Shown: in pieces, positions 54,469-64,000 of the stretch
How the letters are laid out: every line of letters starts with the position of its first letter
Numbering within the stretch: position 1 is the first letter of the stretch
Origin: an uncultured Gammaproteobacteria bacterium
GTDB lineage: Bacteria; Pseudomonadota; Gammaproteobacteria; Pseudomonadales; Moraxellaceae
Direction of reading: 5' to 3'
Assembly (NCBI GenBank): GCA_963812025.1
Contig: CAWETQ010000008.1
Coordinates: forward strand, 39,214-103,213
DNA length: 64,000 bases
The notes under the pieces: model-generated
Seen by the model: the letters and a program-made list of their open reading frames with translations, nothing else
Databases searched by the model: none
Told to the model about the DNA's origin: nothing
Position numbers and translations under genes: made by a program

Positions 54469-55200
54469 TCATTCAATTAATCGTGCTTGCTGCACTATTG
54501 TTTTACTTGAAAATACACCTTCTTGATATTTTTTCCAATCGATAGGGGGTTGTTTAACAACATCTTGTAACGAATTAAGGTACGCTTGGCGAGAAAGTGT
54601 ACAAGCACCCAAGCTTAGAAGGTGATCATTGACCAATTGGCAGTCAATCCAAGGCAGATGATTTTCCTGACCAATGCGCATTAATGTATAAAAAGCCATT
54701 TTTGAAACATCGGTTTGCGTGCTAAACATCGATTCGCCAAAACAGCCATGTCCAATGGTGACGCCATATAAACCGCCAACGATTCGATTTTCATCCCAAA
54801 CCTCAATACTATAACCATAGCCTGCATCAAATAGTTGGCAATAACCTTCAATAATGTCTTCGGAAATCCAAGTATCGTCAGCATAGCTGCGCGGAAGTGA
54901 GCAGGAGCGAACCACGCGTTCAAAAGCATGATTAATCGTGATTTTATAATCAAACTTTTTCATATTACGGACTAAAGATTTACTCGGATGATAATCTTGG
55001 GGGCGAATAATGCAACGTGGTTCAGGACTCCACCAGCAAATTGGCTCATCTTCAGAAAACCATGGGAACAGACCATGCGTATAGGCTTCAAATAAGGTCG
55101 CAGGGGAGAGGTCGGCACCTATGCAAATCAAGCCTTGTTCATCGGGATCAGACTCAATCGGGTCTGGAAAAATAAACTCTGAGGGTGCTAAGGTGTGCAT
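54469..55200 (-). CDS. aat: Leucyl/phenylalanyl-tRNA-protein transferase
   Basis: GLFPWF, WWSPEPR, GGLYG, GESMFS, DCQ. Confidence 0.94.
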   Translation of the reverse strand: MHTLAPSEFIFPDPIESDPDEQGLICIGADLSPATLFEAYTHGLFPWFSEDEPICWWSPEPRCIIRPQDYHPSKSLVRNMKKFDYKITINHAFERVVRSCSLPRSYADDTWISEDIIEGYCQLFDAGYGYSIEVWDENRIVGGLYGVTIGHGCFGESMFSTQTDVSKMAFYTLMRIGQENHLPWIDCQLVNDHLLSLGACTLSRQAYLNSLQDVVKQPPIDWKKYQEGVFSSKTIVQQARLIE

Positions 55201-55259
55201 AAATTTAACCTGATTGAAAAATTAATGTGCAGTAAAAGTCGTTGAGATTTTTATCATAT

Positions 55260-55291
55260 AAAAAAACCGCCCAGAGAGGACGGTTTTTTTT
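55260..55291 (-). terminator. trxB terminator
   Basis: CCGCCC/GGACGG stem flanked by A and T runs. Confidence 0.7.
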
Positions 55292-55316
55292 GTTTAGTCG
55301 AGTTGATTTATTTCAA

Positions 55317-56306
<990 letters not shown>

Positions 56307-56557
56307 TTATACGTGAAACTCGATACAAGTTGTGGCAGTTCAATGTCGATATTATTGATCATTGAAATCGATTTGAGCTATATACAAGAAGGGCGCTGTG
56401 TTAGATACTCAATTCATAGGGTTTGTTAGCAAGTGTCTCTACATAATGTTGCATCTTTTTTATTGGAACAGGTGCATAATATCGAGTCTAATTGCGAAAC
56501 TATTTTGTCTTAGTTTCTTACAAAAACATGAATGAAAAATTGGTTACAGGACAGTAT

Positions 56558-59500
56558 ATGACTGCGGTGTCGAGTGTTTATGCACAGCGCTTAATAATGA
56601 CATTATTTTTAGTCTCATTTGGAATTTATTTATTCCTAGCAACAGTGACTTATACGCCTTTTGATCCGGGCTGGATGCATATTTCCAGTGATACGCTACA
56701 GGTTTCAAATGCCAGTGGTGTCGCAGGCGCATGGATCGCAGATTTATTGTTTGGTTTCTTGGGCTGGGCAAGCTTACTTATTCCAATCTTCCTCTTTGTT
56801 GAAGCCATTCAAGTCTGGTGGCCTTACAGTTTTTTAAATAAACCGTTTCGCTATGCCGCGCAGTTTTTTATTTTACTGGCAACCTCGAGTTTATTGTATT
56901 TGTATTGGCAAGTTCCTGCCGATACTTTAGATAATTCATCGGGTGGCATTATTGGTTATGAATTGGGTGAAAGTCTTTCACAGCTTTTAACCATTTATGG
57001 GGCAACCGTTTTCCTTGTGGTCTTTTGGTTTGTGCTTTTTACCCTTGCATTTGGTGTGAAGTGGAATAAAACATGGGCGACACTTAAGGTAACACCCGCT
57101 TATTTACAAGATTTATTTTATAAAAATGTTCCTGAAACGGAATCTGCATTTGATCGCACCACACCTGAAGTCAAAAAATCAGTGGTAACGACGAAAGCAA
57201 AAGTTGCTGTAGAAAATATTACCCCTGCGCCAGAACATCGTGAAGTGCAAATCGTATCTTCTATGGTACGAGATCAGGCTGCAGAACGCTTGTTCAATGA
57301 TATGGTTGAAAAAGAGCAACATGCTCAGCAACAACTGATTGATGACGAAGATGAAGAAGAATTCAACCAAATTTTAGAAAAAGCCCGTCATGTAGAACAA
57401 AAGACCCAACGTGTTGTACCGACGGGTGAAGTTTGGCGTGCATTAAATTCAGATGAAAACCAAACACATAAACAAGATATTGAGGCTTTATTAAAAGCAG
57501 CAGAAGAATCTGAGCTGCATACGCCAAATGAACATTTTAAAGCCGTTGTACATGATGAGCCTTCATTAGCAATCGTATCTGACACTAAGCAAAATTTAGA
57601 CTGGGATGATGATGAAATCTTTGATGAATTGCTTGCAGCCGTGCCCAATGGAAAAACGGCAACGGATGTTCATACGCCATTTAATCCTGTAGAGCTTGAA
57701 TCTGTGCCATCAATGGTAGTAGAAAAGATTGTACTGGCATCATCCACAATCGCAGCTTCGCCTTTGTTGCATACAGCACCTAAAAATACGGCATTAGATG
57801 ATGAATTTGATGAACTCGATGATTTGTTGGTTGATGATCTAGAAGTTGATGATAGAGAACAAGCCGCTCCAGTGCGTACCAGCAGCAGTTATGCACAATC
57901 ATCTGCATTTGTAAGTACCGAAATTAAGACACAAATGCAGCAACCTATTATTTCAGAAGATGAAAAAGCATTAATTTCATCCAATAAAGATGTGTTTCGT
58001 GAAGTTTGGCAGGAGACAGCGGGTAAACCAGTCGAAGCTGACAAACCTGTTGAAGATGACTTCGATTTTGATGCGCCGTTAACCGATGCATCAGGTCGTC
58101 CAATGTCACTCGCTATGCAAGTCGTTGCACGTCGTAAAGATTTGTCACCACTTCCGGGACTTGATTTACTAGATAAGGTTGATCCGAATAAAAAAGTCAA
58201 TTTTACAGAAGAACAATTGGCACGTTTATCTGAACTTTTAGAGATTAAACTGCAAGAGTTTAATGTTAAAGCCAAAGTCATAGAAGCTCAACCGGGACCG
58301 GTGGTGACTCGTTTTGAGCTGGATTTAGCACCGGGTGTTAAAGCCTCTAAAGTCACCAATATTTCACGTGACCTTGCACGTTCCATGTCGATGGCATCGG
58401 TTCGTGTGGTTGAAGTGATTCCGGGCAAACCGTATATCGGGATTGAAGTGCCGAATAGCACACGTGAAATGGTGCGTTTGATCGAGTTGTTGACCATTCC
58501 TGCTTTTACCGATCCAACTAGCATTCTTTCGATGGCAATGGGGAAAGATATTTCGGGTAATCCAGTCATTGCTGACTTGGGTAAAGCGCCGCATATGCTG
58601 GTCGCAGGTACAACGGGTTCAGGTAAGTCGGTGGCAGTGAACTCGATGATTTTATCGATGTTGTTGAAATATACGCCGAATGAGTTACGTTTGATTTTGA
58701 TTGACCCGAAACAGCTCGAACTTGCCAACTATAATGATATTCCACATTTACTCACACCAGTGGTCACGGACATGAAAGATGCCGTCAATGCCTTAAATTG
58801 GTGTGTCAATGAAATGGAACGTCGCTATAAGCTGATGTCTTACTTAAAAATTCGTAAACTTGCAGATTACAATCGTAAGGTGGAAGAGGCGATTGCCAAT
58901 GGTGAAGATCTCATTGATCCGACGTGGAAAGCGAGTGACTCGGTTGTGGGAGAGCGTGCACCACGTTTAACCCCATTACCTTCAATCGTGATTGTGGCCG
59001 ACGAATTTGCCGACATGATTATGCAGGTGGGTAAAAAAGCAGAAGAAATGATTACCCGTTTGGCGCAAAAATCTCGTGCTGCGGGAATTCACTTATTGCT
59101 TGCCACACAGCGTCCATCGGTCGATGTGATTACCGGTTTGATTAAAGCCAATATTCCAACCCGTGTGGCGTTACGAGTAAACAGTAAAATTGACTCGCGC
59201 ACCATTTTGGATGCGGGTGGTGCAGAAGACCTTTTAGGTCATGGTGATATGCTGTTTCTTGGGCCGGGTAAAATTGAGCCTGAGCGTGTGCATGGGGCAT
59301 TTATTTCCGATGATGAAGTGAATAACATCTGTGATGCATGGCGTGAACGTGCTGCTCCAAACTATGTCGACGAAATTTTGACCCCTTACGATGAGGAACC
59401 AACTTCACGTGGTTTTGAAGATGGCGATGGCGGTTCGGATCGTGATGCTTTATATGATCAATGTGTGTCATTTGTTTTAGAAACCCGTAAGGCTTCAACT

Positions 59501-59623
59501 TCATCACTACAACGTAAGTTTAGTCTAGGTTATAACCGTGCCGCACGTATCATTGACCAGATGGAAGAAAATGGTATCGTCAGTGGCATGGGTGCCAATG
59601 GTAAACGTGAAATTTTAGTGTGA
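56558..59623 (+). CDS. ftsK: DNA translocase FtsK
   Basis: N-terminal TM domain, long linker, GTTGSGKS, DEFAD, ATQRPS, gamma domain (LGYNRAARII). Confidence 0.96.
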   Translation: MTAVSSVYAQRLIMTLFLVSFGIYLFLATVTYTPFDPGWMHISSDTLQVSNASGVAGAWIADLLFGFLGWASLLIPIFLFVEAIQVWWPYSFLNKPFRYAAQFFILLATSSLLYLYWQVPADTLDNSSGGIIGYELGESLSQLLTIYGATVFLVVFWFVLFTLAFGVKWNKTWATLKVTPAYLQDLFYKNVPETESAFDRTTPEVKKSVVTTKAKVAVENITPAPEHREVQIVSSMVRDQAAERLFNDMVEKEQHAQQQLIDDEDEEEFNQILEKARHVEQKTQRVVPTGEVWRALNSDENQTHKQDIEALLKAAEESELHTPNEHFKAVVHDEPSLAIVSDTKQNLDWDDDEIFDELLAAVPNGKTATDVHTPFNPVELESVPSMVVEKIVLASSTIAASPLLHTAPKNTALDDEFDELDDLLVDDLEVDDREQAAPVRTSSSYAQSSAFVSTEIKTQMQQPIISEDEKALISSNKDVFREVWQETAGKPVEADKPVEDDFDFDAPLTDASGRPMSLAMQVVARRKDLSPLPGLDLLDKVDPNKKVNFTEEQLARLSELLEIKLQEFNVKAKVIEAQPGPVVTRFELDLAPGVKASKVTNISRDLARSMSMASVRVVEVIPGKPYIGIEVPNSTREMVRLIELLTIPAFTDPTSILSMAMGKDISGNPVIADLGKAPHMLVAGTTGSGKSVAVNSMILSMLLKYTPNELRLILIDPKQLELANYNDIPHLLTPVVTDMKDAVNALNWCVNEMERRYKLMSYLKIRKLADYNRKVEEAIANGEDLIDPTWKASDSVVGERAPRLTPLPSIVIVADEFADMIMQVGKKAEEMITRLAQKSRAAGIHLLLATQRPSVDVITGLIKANIPTRVALRVNSKIDSRTILDAGGAEDLLGHGDMLFLGPGKIEPERVHGAFISDDEVNNICDAWRERAAPNYVDEILTPYDEEPTSRGFEDGDGGSDRDALYDQCVSFVLETRKASTSSLQRKFSLGYNRAARIIDQMEENGIVSGMGANGKREILV

Positions 59624-59639
59624 TGTGATTTAAAGATAT

Positions 59640-59671
59640 AAAAAAAGCCTGACTGATGTCAGGCTTTTTTT
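59640..59671. terminator. Bidirectional terminator
   Basis: A7-GCCTGAC-TGAT-GTCAGGC-T7. Confidence 0.9.
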
Positions 59672-59685
59672 ATATAGAAATTCGA

Positions 59686-59973
59686 TTAGGCGAACTTAGC
59701 CAAAACCTCTAAAAATCCATCACATTGACGCGGATATTCAGCAATCACATCATGAATGCGTTGACCTTCAGGATTGGTGGCATTGACATCGCGGTTATCT
59801 GCCACGAATTGAGTCAATAAACGCTCATAGTCATTTGGACGCATATGTTTGAATGCATGGTAAAGCACGTGAAAGTCACCATTCACGCCCGCAGGAGGAA
59901 GCTGAGTTAAATAGGCAAATACACGCGCGTCTGACCATTCTTCGTTGAACGTTGCTGGCTGAGATAATGCCAT
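59686..59973 (-). CDS. PA4642 family protein
   Basis: AAGGAG RBS; EEWSD.RV..L..P.G..DFH.L..A..MR..D..R..F..RD.NA pattern. Confidence 0.78.
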   Translation of the reverse strand: MALSQPATFNEEWSDARVFAYLTQLPPAGVNGDFHVLYHAFKHMRPNDYERLLTQFVADNRDVNATNPEGQRIHDVIAEYPRQCDGFLEVLAKFA

Positions 59974-60003
59974 CGCAATCTCCTTGGTATGAATAAAATA
60001 AAA

Positions 60004-60119
60004 AAAGCAAAATATGAGGCTGGATTAGCAAAGTATTACTTTGCCCAGCCGCAAGGTGAGAAGCTATGCTTCGAGTGGACTGGATTAGCATCACTTTGCC
60101 CAGTCTCACATTTTGCCTT
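60004..60119 (-). other. Multi-branch inverted-repeat element with two copies of a bulged hairpin
   Basis: Closing stem GCAAAATGTGAG/CTCATATTTTGC; twin arms share CTGGGCAAAGT..TGCTAATCCAG; U run follows on the minus strand. Confidence 0.65.
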
Positions 60120-60151
60120 GATTCAATTTGCTTGACTAATCAGAATTCAGA

Positions 60152-60424
60152 TTATCGCTCTTCAGGCAAATTGATATTCATTTCTAACATTTCGATATTC
60201 GCTTCAGAGCGAACAGACATTTGAATATGCTGTTCATCTACACCGCGAACATAACGATTGACCACTTGCATGATTTCTTTTTTCATTTGGTCAATTTTAT
60301 CTTGGCTTAAGCGTTTACCTAAACCTTGTTCTGAGGCAACAATTACTTTTAAGCGATCCTTAGCAGTTTGAGCGCTTGAAGGTTTATCATCGTTGCTAAA
60401 TAATTTACTCCAGAATCCTGCCAT
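60152..60424 (-). CDS. minE: Cell division topological specificity factor
   Basis: SAQTAKDRLKVIVA; LEMNINLP. Confidence 0.94.
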   Translation of the reverse strand: MAGFWSKLFSNDDKPSSAQTAKDRLKVIVASEQGLGKRLSQDKIDQMKKEIMQVVNRYVRGVDEQHIQMSVRSEANIEMLEMNINLPEER

Positions 60425-60427
60425 TTC

Positions 60428-61240
60428 TTACGCTCCAAATAATCTTGCTAACCAACCCTTAGGTTTGACTTCAATATGACGATAAGGGCGTTCTTCACCC
60501 AAGAAACGCGCGACTAAGTCATCATATGACTGACCCGCAGGGGTTTCTTGAAACAAAATAACCGGTTTTCCTTCGTTAGAGGCTTGTAGCACAATCTCAC
60601 ATTCAGGAATTACGCCAAGTGTCGGTACGCGTAAAATATCTTTAGAGATATCGTCAATGGTCAACATTTCTTGTTTATCAGCACGTTCTGGATTGAATCG
60701 TGTAATACACAAATGCTTACGGATACGTCCTTCGTTTTGTTCCACTTTCTTGGTTTTGCTATCTAGCATACCAATAATACGGTCAGAGTCACGTACTGAA
60801 GAAATTTCAGGATTGGTCACAATGATAGCTTCATCCGCATGGTACATTGCCAGAATTGCACCGCGTTCGATTCCCGCAGGTGAATCACAAATAATGTAGT
60901 CAAACTCTTGTGAAAGTTCATCCATGACACGTGCAACGCCTTCATCGGTCAAGGCATCTTTATCACGGGTTTGTGATGCAGGCAAGATGTATAAATTTTC
61001 AATATCTTTATCGCGAATAAGGGCTTGTTGAAGTCGAGCTTCATTATTTAATACATTCACAAAATCATAAACAACGCGACGTTCACAACCCATAATTAAG
61101 TCGAGGTTACGCAAACCCACGTCAAAATCGATCACAACAGTTTTGTGACCACGAAGGGCTAAACCTGTTGCAAAAGATGCACTAGTTGTAGTTTTACCTA
61201 CGCCACCTTTGCCTGATGTTACGACAACAATTTTCGCCAC
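60428..61240 (-). CDS. minD: Septum site-determining ATPase
   Basis: SGKGGVGKTT, GLRNLD, DSPAGIE; C-terminal amphipathic helix KGWLARLF. Confidence 0.97.
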   Translation of the reverse strand: MAKIVVVTSGKGGVGKTTTSASFATGLALRGHKTVVIDFDVGLRNLDLIMGCERRVVYDFVNVLNNEARLQQALIRDKDIENLYILPASQTRDKDALTDEGVARVMDELSQEFDYIICDSPAGIERGAILAMYHADEAIIVTNPEISSVRDSDRIIGMLDSKTKKVEQNEGRIRKHLCITRFNPERADKQEMLTIDDISKDILRVPTLGVIPECEIVLQASNEGKPVILFQETPAGQSYDDLVARFLGEERPYRHIEVKPKGWLARLFGA

Positions 61241-61306
61241 CGAATCCACTCCTGTTATGGTTCAAATCCCCTTTTTGATATGGGGCTTTTGGTGTTTATT
61301 TATACA

Positions 61307-62038
61307 TTAAAATTCTAGAACTTCAAATGCAAGTTCTTGCTGGTCATTCAGATGAATATGTACAGATTTTTTTAAGACATGCTGCGGAATGTCATCTGCT
61401 ACACAATATGTGCCTGCAATAGAGACCAATTCTGCTTCTAGGGAGTGGCAGAAAATGCGTGCTGCATTGTTCCCGCCTGCGCCGGCAATGACTCTACCAC
61501 GGACGCTACCATAAATATGTATATTTCCTGAGGCAATGACTTCAGAACCACTATTAATACCTGCATTGAGAATGATATCACCATGATCTTGCACCAGACA
61601 TTGACCTGTGCGTAAAATTTCATCGTGATAAGAAGTCACATGACTGACAATACGGGCAGGTTTTGGTTCTTCTTGTTCAGGAATAGCCGCTTGCTCATCT
61701 GAACGTTCAGGTTTGACCTCAACCACTTGCTCTTTGGTGGCTTTAATGCGTTGCAGTGGTTTATTGTCTGCGGGTAGAACAGGGAATTGAATCGCATGTG
61801 CTTCATTGGTCAGCAGACCATCAATTACGCCTATAGGCTGTAAATCGAGGCTGAGCAACAACTGAATAAGCGCAATCAGTTCTTGTTCTACTGTACTGTC
61901 AATAATGACCAGAGTGCCGTGAGAGGCAGTCTCCTGAAGCATTTGAGTCAATTGCTGGCGGATTGCAGGGTGATCATTGGTGTCAAAAGTTAATCGGGTA
62001 AAATTAACCATTCTGCCTGTAATCCGTATATCAGCCAT
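61307..62038 (-). CDS. minC: Septum site-determining protein
   Basis: [34 protein letters not shown] beta-helix. Confidence 0.93.
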   Translation of the reverse strand: MADIRITGRMVNFTRLTFDTNDHPAIRQQLTQMLQETASHGTLVIIDSTVEQELIALIQLLLSLDLQPIGVIDGLLTNEAHAIQFPVLPADNKPLQRIKATKEQVVEVKPERSDEQAAIPEQEEPKPARIVSHVTSYHDEILRTGQCLVQDHGDIILNAGINSGSEVIASGNIHIYGSVRGRVIAGAGGNNAARIFCHSLEAELVSIAGTYCVADDIPQHVLKKSVHIHLNDQQELAFEVLEF

Positions 62039-62159
62039 AATTATTCCTTAAGACTTCTGACTCATTTATTTTATGTCGAAGTAATGTTGTAAATAGAGCA
62101 AATCCTAGAACAAATTGAATGTTTTCTCTAGCTGTGTTTTCAATATTTTTATCTCATGA

Positions 62160-63227
62160 TCATTCTTTAACTTGATCCTGCTGTTGCATCTGGATTAGCC
62201 ACTGTTTGACTGCGACTTGCTTGCGGATTGCCGCCAAACTTTCAAAAACCGCGGATTCGACCAGTTTTTCCAAATGTGGATTATCTTCAAGTTCAAGCGT
62301 GCTGATTTTGTTCGCAATATAGTGGTAAATATTTTGCTCATTTTTTGGGTCATTGTTTGTCTGAGCAACATTGGGCGTGAAAGGATCAATCAAGCCCTGC
62401 GTGATATTTTCCCCCAGACGTTGTCCAATACTTTGAATTTGCTGTTCAATGCGGCTGCCGACCAAAGGAATCAGTCGGAGCAGCTGAGTGAGTTCAGGCG
62501 TGTCTTCAATCGCTTGATTGACAATGTTACCAACATTTTTGGCAATCAAATGACGCTGAGCTTGTAATTCCGTGCTCAGGGTATCCTGCAAAATATCGGC
62601 AAGGGCAGTGGCAAACAACACGCGGTGATGTTCGATCAAATCATGAATGATGACTTTATGGCTCGAACTGGTTTCCAGTTCATTTTTAATGCCATCAAGG
62701 ACATTAATCACAATTCGATCTGAGAGTTCTTCCATCACCACGTTGTAATAAAACTGCCCCTTGATCTGTAGCGATTTTGGTACGACTTTATAGCCCATTT
62801 CATGCAAACGGTAGGCAATGATGCCGGCACGGAATAAACGTAAAAAGCGCAGATACGGAATAATCGCGAGAACTTCATACCAATGAATGAAAGGAAAGAA
62901 AAACCAGCGTTGATGATGGCGCTGCACAATGGCAATGCCCCAACGAATCAGTAATTCGACAATCAGAAAGACAATAAACCAAGCTTCCGTACTGATCACC
63001 CAAGGGTGTAAATGCGTGCGATAGAAGTTCAGTACATCGGTTAAATAAATGCTTTGAAAAAACCAAGTGCCGATACTGCTCATCAGGAACAGATTGGCAC
63101 ATAAGCAGAACAGGTTGAAAATAATAATGAACACCATAAAGATGTCGTAAATCAGAAATAGTTTGAAGGACAGACTATTTGGATCTAGATGGTGGTATTT
63201 AGATTTACTTTTCATAGTGTTCTGCAT
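62160..63227 (-). CDS. Membrane protein with S1-S4 voltage-sensor-like segments and a helical cytoplasmic tail
   Basis: FLIVELLIRW (S2), WYEVLAIIP (S3), LRFLRLFR (S4); no pore signature. Confidence 0.7.
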   Translation of the reverse strand: MQNTMKSKSKYHHLDPNSLSFKLFLIYDIFMVFIIIFNLFCLCANLFLMSSIGTWFFQSIYLTDVLNFYRTHLHPWVISTEAWFIVFLIVELLIRWGIAIVQRHHQRWFFFPFIHWYEVLAIIPYLRFLRLFRAGIIAYRLHEMGYKVVPKSLQIKGQFYYNVVMEELSDRIVINVLDGIKNELETSSSHKVIIHDLIEHHRVLFATALADILQDTLSTELQAQRHLIAKNVGNIVNQAIEDTPELTQLLRLIPLVGSRIEQQIQSIGQRLGENITQGLIDPFTPNVAQTNNDPKNEQNIYHYIANKISTLELEDNPHLEKLVESAVFESLAAIRKQVAVKQWLIQMQQQDQVKE

Positions 63228-63249
63228 GGTAGGTTAAAGCTTCGCCAAT

Positions 63250-64000
63250 TTAGGCCTGAGTCGTTTGGTATTGCTGTTTCATCTGTTCAATGAGTTGATC
63301 TTTTTCAGTCCATAATTCATCGACCCATTGTTGAAAGCGTTCACGGTATGCAGCATCATCTTCATAATTACCACCGAATACCCAAGCTGGAATGTCAATT
63401 TTACGCAGATTGACCGCAATACGATGGACATCCCCTAACCAAAAATCATGATAACCGGGTGCGCCATCAGGATAAACAATGGTCATGTCGACCAAAGCGT
63501 CAATTTTATCGCCTAAAATATTTAAGGCTAAAGCTAAGCCACCCGCTTTAGCTTTGAGTAAATGCTGATAAGGGGATTGTTGTTTGGCATGTTTTGCTGG
63601 GGTAAAACGTGTGCCTTCTAAATAGTTGAGCAAGGTAAATGGCTGGCTCAAGAGTTGTTTACAGGCTTTACGCGATTCTTCAAGATCACGTGTTCTGAGT
63701 TCAGGATTGCTTGCAATCTGTTGCTTCGAATGACGTTTCATCATTGGGAAACCTAAAATTTTAAAGGCTTGTCCAACGAAAGGAATAAAGATCAGTTCCC
63801 ACTTGGTAAAGAAACGCGTCAGCGGCATGCGCGTTAAGCCAAAATATTGATTGACTGTGGTGTCGACCCAACTTTGATGATTACAGGTCATCAGGTAATG
63901 ACCTTGCATGCTCAGTTCTAAATCGTCATCAATGCTAATGTCCCATTTTAAGTGGGATAACACATGATTAATCAGCCAATTATTGACACTTAACCAACTG
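63250..64000 (-). CDS. Lysophospholipid acyltransferase, YihG/PlsC-like (5' end outside the window)
   Basis: NHQSWVD, FFTKWEL and EGTRF motifs. Confidence 0.88.
   Translation of the reverse strand, partial: SWLSVNNWLINHVLSHLKWDISIDDDLELSMQGHYLMTCNHQSWVDTTVNQYFGLTRMPLTRFFTKWELIFIPFVGQAFKILGFPMMKRHSKQQIASNPELRTRDLEESRKACKQLLSQPFTLLNYLEGTRFTPAKHAKQQSPYQHLLKAKAGGLALALNILGDKIDALVDMTIVYPDGAPGYHDFWLGDVHRIAVNLRKIDIPAWVFGGNYEDDAAYRERFQQWVDELWTEKDQLIEQMKQQYQTTQA

Noticed and set aside
60018-60105. Mini CRISPR array
   Set aside because: Only two imperfect units of unequal length, nested in a larger inverted repeat, with no cas genes.

Overview
Core chromosomal region of an Acinetobacter species (non-baumannii type, judged from the OmpA signal peptide [22 protein letters not shown], gene content and codon usage). 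It runs from the 3' end of a PQQ glucose/quinate dehydrogenase through cysI, ompA, lysP, rsmC, typA, mscL, mutM, a PqqU/YncD-like TonB receptor, ygfZ and acnD, then a patchwork accessory zone (about 26.4-35.7 kb), the lrp-dadA-alr-ridA-cycA cluster, hemJ-fabB, the str operon, rimI, ate-aat-trxB, ftsK and minCDE. I found no rRNA, tRNA, transposase, integrase or CRISPR array. About 16 frameshifts in otherwise intact genes are all small insertions, and many look like two SNP alleles written side by side, so they are probably consensus artefacts. Best leads: (1) a promoter-led, end-paired ~180-nt structured RNA candidate at 30391-30571; (2) a multi-branch element with two copies of a bulged hairpin between minE and a PA4642-family gene; (3) a gene-swap hotspot behind acnD, marked by a relic copy of the acnD 3' end and two relic copies of one gene start; (4) a pore-less voltage-sensor-like membrane protein upstream of minCDE.
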